From positions 32,001-96,000 of the IMG/VR virus record IMGVR_UViG_3300028392_000041: a stretch of 64,000 nucleotides of DNA. One strand, written 5' to 3'. This DNA is from a virus. Shown in pieces: positions 57,339 through 64,000 of this stretch. Under the pieces are notes generated by a model that saw only the letters and a list, made by a program, of their open reading frames with translations, was not told where the DNA came from and ran no database searches. Position 1 is the first letter of the stretch; each line of letters opens with the position of its first letter. The translations under genes and the position numbers were made by a program.

Positions 57339-58451
57339 TTAAAATACTTTCAACAGGATACATTCTTCATTCACACGACCATTAACAGCAGCCTGTTTAG
57401 TGGTCAACGCTTTAAAAGCAGCAGACAGTGGACGCTTGCCCATCGCAGCATAATCTTTTACCAACTCTGGCTTACGCAATGTTTTGCTACCAGAAGTCGT
57501 TACTTCATAACCAATAATCGTAGTGCCCTTAACACTCAAACCCTTCGCATCGTTGGCACGATAGACCTGAAGTTTCTTGTACTTAGTATTATACACCCAC
57601 AGTTCTTGACTGTTGATGATAGTCGTCGCAAGCACAGACTTGATGCCAAACTCAGGGAATTCCTTCATGAACTTCATCTTCTCAACCAACTTACCAGCTG
57701 GTTTCTCTTTACGAAGTCTTGGTGCTCGAGTTGCTTTGGCAACCTGAACTTGAAGACCACACGCTTCGCCGATAGACTTATACAAAGCAAGCATGTTTTT
57801 GATCTTTGTTTTCTTGAGGTGACTATAACCTTCGTTGAGTTGTTCGTCATTACCTTCAAGGACTTCTTCCAACTCAGCAATCGTTTTGTCAAACAGAGGT
57901 GCGATAAGTTTAGCAACTGGTCCACTGATTTGATAGTGTTTCAATTCTTTGACAGCATCGAACTTTTTATCCTCAAGGACAAAGTCGTCAATCATACCTT
58001 CGAATTCACCTGCCATCTCGCGAGCCTTTTCCATCATGCGCTCTTGAATAGAGATGACATTGCTTGCTGCTTTCTCAGCCTTTTCTTCATCAGACACAAC
58101 AACCACTGCTGGCGCAACTGTGTCTGTCAGTTTCTTGATGGCATTGGTAAGATATAATTCCTCTTTCTCTTCCAACTCTGAACCACCATCTTTAAGACGA
58201 GCAAGGATACCAGCGTGACGGAAAAGTTTCTCGTCAAGTTTGTTCAACTGCACAGCCAGTTTCTTGTCGGTCTTAGCAATGTGACTTAGTAGCCATTTCT
58301 TTTTATCTTTGTCATCATGACTCGAGTTGTAAAAATTCAAGGCAATAATGAGATCACGCTTGTATGATTCAGGTCGGAGTTGTTGCTCCGACCCTTTCGC
58401 CATGCGTTCTGCTTTAGCAATAATCTCGTTTCGTTTAGCTGTTGTAGCCAT
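57339..58451 (-). CDS. Conserved T4-like hypothetical protein
   Basis: QL.EGYS.L, LWVYNTK, SVKGTTI.G, KTLRKP, NGRVN. Confidence 0.65.
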   Translation of the reverse strand: MATTAKRNEIIAKAERMAKGSEQQLRPESYKRDLIIALNFYNSSHDDKDKKKWLLSHIAKTDKKLAVQLNKLDEKLFRHAGILARLKDGGSELEEKEELYLTNAIKKLTDTVAPAVVVVSDEEKAEKAASNVISIQERMMEKAREMAGEFEGMIDDFVLEDKKFDAVKELKHYQISGPVAKLIAPLFDKTIAELEEVLEGNDEQLNEGYSHLKKTKIKNMLALYKSIGEACGLQVQVAKATRAPRLRKEKPAGKLVEKMKFMKEFPEFGIKSVLATTIINSQELWVYNTKYKKLQVYRANDAKGLSVKGTTIIGYEVTTSGSKTLRKPELVKDYAAMGKRPLSAAFKALTTKQAAVNGRVNEECILLKVF

Positions 58452-58690
58452 AGGGTATTCTCCTCAGTTAAGTATTAATTATACCCTATTTACGAATTAA
58501 TGTCAAGCATTATTTTTTGAACGACAACCCAGTGGATCCACCGACTACACCACCGAGGATCAGCGCAGCCATCCAAGTGTCTAGTGTCAGTGGAATATTC
58601 AACACAGGGAATAATGTGTTCAATGACCAAATTGTTGCAACTGGGGCAAGAATTATTAGAGCAACAATAACTACAAGTGCGATTCCGATT

Positions 58691-58960
58691 TTACCCATTG
58701 TTTTTCTCCTGAACGATTGTTTCATACAAGTCTTCAAACTCTTCATGCTCCGCTACTTCTTGAGTGTAGTTTTGCTTATGATATACCCTTGCCATACGAG
58801 CAAGGGTTTTCTTTGGAAGTAAAAATTTCTCTGACATATCCTTGATTGTTTCGCGAATCAAATCACGCTCTGCTTCAATGCGAGTCATTGATCCACTAAT
58901 TTCAGCAAGTAATTTCTTAATCTTTAAACGATCTTCTGGACTAGATACTGATTGTGTCAT
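58691..58960 (-). CDS. dsDNA-binding protein (T4 DsbA-like)
   Basis: EIS.SMTRIEAERDLI, MARVYHKQN. Confidence 0.6.
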   Translation of the reverse strand: MTQSVSSPEDRLKIKKLLAEISGSMTRIEAERDLIRETIKDMSEKFLLPKKTLARMARVYHKQNYTQEVAEHEEFEDLYETIVQEKNNG

Positions 58961-59289
58961 ACTGTTCCCCATTCAATGCGAGTAATATTACCAGTGTTAA
59001 AAGAACGCCACTCTTGTTTCTCTAAATCAAATGCAGCAACTGCATCACCTGTCGGTGTTGAACCAGTACCCTTCGGTTGCTTGTCAGCAGGAATCAAGTC
59101 ATATTGTTTAGTACACTTCATAACACGACTCGTACCATCTTTCTTGGTGAAGGTTACAGTAATTGTGCTTTCGCTGAGATAACCACGCAGATATTCAGCG
59201 AACTCTGGTTCTTTCATAATTGCTTCTGGATCTACACCAGATGCTTTTGCTAGTTGAATAAAATCAATCCCACTGTTACTTGATACCAT
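58957..59289 (-). CDS. WYL-like/SH3-fold protein
   Basis: VTFTKKDG..R.M.CT, FDLEKQEWRSF. Confidence 0.7.
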   Translation of the reverse strand: MVSSNSGIDFIQLAKASGVDPEAIMKEPEFAEYLRGYLSESTITVTFTKKDGTSRVMKCTKQYDLIPADKQPKGTGSTPTGDAVAAFDLEKQEWRSFNTGNITRIEWGTV

Positions 59290-60998
59290 AACGAACCTCA
59301 CCTATGTTTTGAAAAAATTTACAAAATTGTAGAAACATTGCTGTATCTAAATTAAATCGAATATCAGATAGCATTTCTGTATCTTGTTTTGTTTCTGAAT
59401 CTAGAATTTTACGCTTGATAAGAATTTCATGAAGATCATATTTCTTATCATGCATATGTTCTATTCTAATTTGATAGTCTTCGCTGATATCTAACTCAGC
59501 ATAAGACTTTACGCTTTGACTAATCGGCATCACAGGGTATCACTTTCACTTTAATAAAATCACCATCACCATTCTCTACTGGTTCAGCAGATACTAGGAT
59601 TGGGTGGTTGGTTCCATAGGCTGGCCAGTTCTTTTTAAGAACATAACCTTCGATAAATTCTCTCTTCACTGTCAGTGTCAGTGTATCTGTTACTGGTTGT
59701 TTAGATTGTAGCAAAGCTGGCACCTTTCTATCATAAGCCATTATTCAATTTTCCTGTTCAAATTCGGTAAGAGATTTTTCTAATGACTTTCGGGCAACTC
59801 TAAGACCATATTCCATTTCATAAAGTCTTCGATTTTGCCGATCCATTTTCTTTCGTTGATCAGACATATCGTCCATCATCTGCTCAAGATCTTTCTTGAA
59901 CACATCCCAAACTGCTTGTACAGGTTTTACTGTATACCACTCACCATCGATAAGGGTATATCCATTTTTCTCACGCAACTCATCGGTCCAATTTTTACCC
60001 ATGATATATGATGGAGCAGATTCTTTGTATGATTTGAATCCTGAGCCAACGATAAGGTCGTCAATCTTTTGGAAGATATCTGGTAATTGGTCTTTACTAT
60101 ACAACATCTTCATCCCCTTCATCAGATTCGTACTGTTCTTCTTTACCCATCATTGCTGCGTGAATATCACACAGAGTTGTATGCCAACCATCAGTATATG
60201 TTTTTCCTGGAGAACCACACTGTTCACAAGTACGATAACTCATTGACTCTGCAAAACTAATGTAGCTGTAGTGTTTATCAGTTGCAGCTTGAACATAGAA
60301 TCGAAGTCCACCGAATTTCTCTTTTACTTGAACAGCAACTGGAACTTTCAATGTTTCTTCATCGAGTTTAGTTTTGGCTGTATCAATAGATTCTTGTGTT
60401 ACTGTTTTTGTTCCATAAAGAACATTACCAACACCAACTTCTACAAGATGGTCGTAACGACTTTTTGCTCCACGATATTCAGAAGTCAATAAACCACAAA
60501 GAGTATCAATAATATTATACCAGCCATCACCATGTGAGAATCCCCAACACATAGCTGTGTTCTGCATGTTCTCATTACGATCTTTAAAGATCAGCGGATA
60601 CTTTGCACAGAGTGCTTCATCTAATTCTTTTCTCATGACCAAGTCCTATGATCTTCAGCTACATGTTCAAGTCCATCGTACTCATGGATGTGCCATTTGA
60701 CATCATCTGGAATATCCAAGATTGCTAGTTCTGATGCCCAACCCCATGAGTCTTTGCCCAACTCTTCAATCACAGCAATCAAATCTGGATCATTGCGCTG
60801 TTCATAGAACTCATACTCACTTAGGTATGTCGCATCAGATTGTGGACTACCTGCTTTGTAGTAGTCTGAATCATTTCCACGAATTGGATACTTGGCTGGC
60901 ACTTTATCAAATGCAATACCCTTGCGTTCAAGCAATTTCTCGAATGCGATATTTGAGATACCGAATCCACCAAAACATCTATTAATTACTACTTTCAT
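59276..60998 (-). other. Hypothetical ORFs 59276-59533, 59520-59741, 59745-60107, 60097-60636, 60633-60998
   Basis: Overlapping packed minus-strand ORFs; 60097 has the common QVKEKFGGLRFY motif. Confidence 0.6.
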
Positions 60999-61474
60999 AC
61001 TTCATCCTTGTTTTCTTCAACCCACTCTTCATGCCATGTCATTAGATCTGCATAGTCAACAACATCTTCAGGCAACGATTCGATGCTTTCGCGATCGCTG
61101 ATGTCATAGTCATAATAGTCATCGTAGCCATCTTCGAATTTACCAACGAATCCCATACCACTTTCCCAGTAGTATGCTCTAACATCATAGCCACCTTCTT
61201 CAACCATGAATTCATACAAAATTGTAGGAGGTGCCCAAGCAGAGTCAAAGGAAATCCAAATAGTGTTATCGTCTTCACGATTCCAGTCATGAACCGATGC
61301 ATCCCATTTGGTGCCCCAATTATTAACCGACCATTCATATTGCCACTCACCACTAGGATTTGGGCGAATAGCATTAAACAATTGTTTCGAGTCAGAGTTT
61401 AGAGCAGCTTCGATAACATCGATCTTCTCTTTATCGGCAGTAATCGTCACAGAATTATCACACCAGTTTGGCAT
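60995..61474 (-). CDS. DUF1281/YubB-like protein
   Basis: MPNWC.N, NWGTKW, FDSAWAPP. Confidence 0.7.
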   Translation of the reverse strand: MPNWCDNSVTITADKEKIDVIEAALNSDSKQLFNAIRPNPSGEWQYEWSVNNWGTKWDASVHDWNREDDNTIWISFDSAWAPPTILYEFMVEEGGYDVRAYYWESGMGFVGKFEDGYDDYYDYDISDRESIESLPEDVVDYADLMTWHEEWVEENKDEV

Positions 61475-61534
61475 AGCATTTCCTTTTAATTAATCTATAG
61501 AACTATTATACTTGAAGTTTGAATTTTCGTCAAA

Positions 61535-62074
61535 TCAGTTTGCAAATAATAGGTCAAGTCCTTTTGGTTTTGCATTTTCTTTCATCAGTTTTATCTCTTC
61601 AACAAAATGCTCATTCTCCAACAAAACTCTTGCGTTCATTAGAAACTCATTTCTTGTCCACTCACCCTTACTAATATTAACATCTGTACGACAAAGAACA
61701 ATGTTATCATATACATAACCCTTTGAAGAATCTATACGATCAACTGATACATTTGTTTTACAAGGAACATTGTTTTCGTCGTTTTGAAATAATGTCATGG
61801 GTTGTTTTGTATAAGCACATAATCCTTTTTGAATTATCCAAAGATTTCTAATCATTTTTGCTTCAAGATCAAACTCAATACCCTCACCCTTTCTACGCTG
61901 TTTCGCAGAACTTTTCATAGAAGGCAATCTTTCTTGTGAGAAAAACCTTTCAATCTCATCAGCACTGGGGAATGCTCCAACATAGTAAGAAGATCTTCGT
62001 TGTGCATTATGATCACGCTTATACAGCTGTCTATCTGTTAATTCTACAACTTCATCATCAAACAATGTGTTCAT
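61535..62074 (-). CDS. Putative HNH-like (homing) endonuclease
   Basis: Q.GLCAYT..PM, SVDRIDSSKGY..DNI.L. Confidence 0.7.
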   Translation of the reverse strand: MNTLFDDEVVELTDRQLYKRDHNAQRRSSYYVGAFPSADEIERFFSQERLPSMKSSAKQRRKGEGIEFDLEAKMIRNLWIIQKGLCAYTKQPMTLFQNDENNVPCKTNVSVDRIDSSKGYVYDNIVLCRTDVNISKGEWTRNEFLMNARVLLENEHFVEEIKLMKENAKPKGLDLLFAN

Positions 62075-63381
62075 TTTATTTCCTTAGAATTATCCGCACG
62101 ATCTTTGTCTTCCCGTAGTTCGACAAATACTGGGAGGAACAAACTTTCTTCGCCAGTTTTATTTTTAATCCTAGCATTGTATTTGATAGCGACAATCTTC
62201 CCAAGAAGATTTTTCTCTTTATACGATTTGCGATGCGTGTCATTGAATCCACTTCCTACATTAACTTTAACGATACCATCGGCAGACTCACATATTATTG
62301 CACCCAGCCAATCAGGTTTCTTTTTGTGTGGCTCAGTTCCAACAATTTTCAAATCACATTCGAGTTCGCCTTTGAACTTAATTTGGTGTTTTGCTCGTTT
62401 ATCTTCCCAAACACCTGAGCCATCTTTCAAGATAATACCTTCTAAACCCTGCGCAAGATATCCCTCAAAAATTTCTGTTGCTTCTTCAAGCGTATTTACA
62501 ACATCACTGGTAACTATCCAGATTTTCTTTTCGGTTTTAAATGGAACAACATCTAGAATTGCTTTCAATTTAGAAAACCTACGAGAGTAGGGTGTATCGC
62601 AGTATGAATCTTCAAACAAAACATAGGGAACAGCATCCCATACTGAAGCATGAACCATGTCTGCTTCTTTCGCTGAGATAGTTCCCTTAACAGCCTTGTT
62701 TAAAATTCCATTACCTGTTTGACGATCCATAAATTGACAACCATCAGGATCCATTACCATTAACTCACCATCAAATACCATGTCTGATCCAGCAGCAATG
62801 GCAATAAACTGATCTTTCAAGTCTGTATCTAACAAGATTTCTTTACCATTACGACTGCGGAATTCACAAGTTTCGTTTTTGACGATAGCATTAAATCTCA
62901 TACCATCCATCTTCAACTGCGCATAGGCAGGGAATTTGATTTTATCAACCAACTTCTGCTCGTATCCTGAACACAACATAACAGGATATTCTTTGATGAG
63001 TCCTGGCCAAACAGCATTCGCTGTCGAGATAGAAACACCACACATCAAATCTTTCTTAATGATACGCTCAAGCACCTTTGCGTCATCAGCTGAAACCAAC
63101 TCAAGCACTTCGGTCAGCTTATCAATGGCAGCATTGCCAGTGACCAAACGATTACACAACTGATAGAGATACGGAAACGCATCTTTCAAATTAAGATTTA
63201 CGCTTGTATGATTTGGTTTATATGCAGGAATCTTACGCTGATAAAAATTCGTGAAGGGATCTAACGCCAAAGAAATAACTTGACGCAGAACAACATCGTT
63301 GACATTTGTTTTCAGTGTGTCAAGTTTAAAGTTGCGAGAATTATCCGCAGCCAACTCATTAAAAAATTTGTTTAGATTCAC
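62071..63381 (-). CDS. ATP-dependent DNA ligase gp30
   Basis: KMDGMR motif I, FDGEL, EGIILK, VGSGF. Confidence 0.95.
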   Translation of the reverse strand: MNLNKFFNELAADNSRNFKLDTLKTNVNDVVLRQVISLALDPFTNFYQRKIPAYKPNHTSVNLNLKDAFPYLYQLCNRLVTGNAAIDKLTEVLELVSADDAKVLERIIKKDLMCGVSISTANAVWPGLIKEYPVMLCSGYEQKLVDKIKFPAYAQLKMDGMRFNAIVKNETCEFRSRNGKEILLDTDLKDQFIAIAAGSDMVFDGELMVMDPDGCQFMDRQTGNGILNKAVKGTISAKEADMVHASVWDAVPYVLFEDSYCDTPYSRRFSKLKAILDVVPFKTEKKIWIVTSDVVNTLEEATEIFEGYLAQGLEGIILKDGSGVWEDKRAKHQIKFKGELECDLKIVGTEPHKKKPDWLGAIICESADGIVKVNVGSGFNDTHRKSYKEKNLLGKIVAIKYNARIKNKTGEESLFLPVFVELREDKDRADNSKEIK

Positions 63382-63382
63382 A

Positions 63383-63736
63383 TTAACCCCTTCTCATTGT
63401 CGCAATCGCAACTGCTTCTTCATCACTAAAAATTGGAACGGCATTGCTTTTATGCATGGTACCGATACCTTTTACCTTTGTACCTGTATAAACAGGGTTT
63501 GGCTTTTTGAAACATGGTGCGCCAGTAAAAGGAAGACTCGGAATCTTAGGTGTCTCACGACAAGCAGGTTTCCCGAGGAAGTCTGACTCACTGAGTTTCT
63601 GGTGCTTTTGTGGAGCAGTCGAAGTCTTTGTGGCATACTTCTTTAACATGTTTTCCCAGTCCTCACGCAACTTGCGTGCTTTGGCATCTGGCTTACGCTT
63701 TTTTGATTTTCCTAAATTTGTATGAAGCATTTGCAT
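63383..63736 (-). CDS. Conserved T4-like hypothetical protein
   Basis: YTG..VKGIGTMHKSNAVP. Confidence 0.65.
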   Translation of the reverse strand: MQMLHTNLGKSKKRKPDAKARKLREDWENMLKKYATKTSTAPQKHQKLSESDFLGKPACRETPKIPSLPFTGAPCFKKPNPVYTGTKVKGIGTMHKSNAVPIFSDEEAVAIATMRRG

Positions 63737-64000
63737 AAAAATTCCTTACTTTTTCAAGTCGATAGAATAATTATACCGCATTTATGAATTAATAGCAAGC
63801 AAAAAAATGCCCCACGCTGGGTGGGGCTTGCAGGATGATAGATAACCCTTTACTCTGTAGGGGTATCCCTTTTTGATCCTTTTTCGTGTCTTGGTGGTGC
63901 CTTTTTAGACTCCATCTCAGCATCTACCATAAGACGCAAGAATGCTCCACGGACATGTGGGTCAACAAAACTTGCAGCCATACGCTTTGCAGTTTTGCTT

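Overview
A 64 kb segment of a large, AT-rich T4-like (Tevenvirinae-related) myophage genome. 1-21.8 kb: baseplate/tail module (DUF4815-like protein, gp8, gp7-like, gp6, gp25, PAAR-like, gp5, gp53, gp48, gp4, gp2, tail-tube-like, small terminase, gp26/gp51, probable tape measure). 22-34 kb: replication/late-transcription and accessory genes (gp32, gp59, gp33, ClpP, SleB-like and GH19 lysins, PhoH). 35-43 kb: promoter-dense early region of small ORFs. 43-50 kb: array of 2OG-Fe(II) oxygenases plus a flavin halogenase-like gene. 49-54 kb: translation island with bS21 and 28 tRNAs covering all 20 amino acids. 54-64 kb: dCMP deaminase, RNase H, DNA ligase and hypotheticals. A pqqA peptide gene of Methylophilaceae type and a betaproteobacterial-type bS21 suggest a methylotrophic betaproteobacterial host (inference). 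The most striking unannotated element is a candidate ribosome-coupled attenuator at the head of the tRNA array: a 41-codon leader ORF containing all 20 amino acids, whose last codons form a 19-bp antiterminator that competes with an intrinsic terminator. It looks like a general tRNA-shortage sensor controlling the phage tRNA supply. Also seen: a circularly permuted (two-piece) tmRNA, two ORFs whose stop codons lie inside downstream tRNAs, three long structured RNA candidates between tRNAs, unusual tRNAs, a probable -1 frameshift fusing gp26 to gp51, and a repeated promoter-linked palindrome. All calls were made by eye, with no database searches or folding software.
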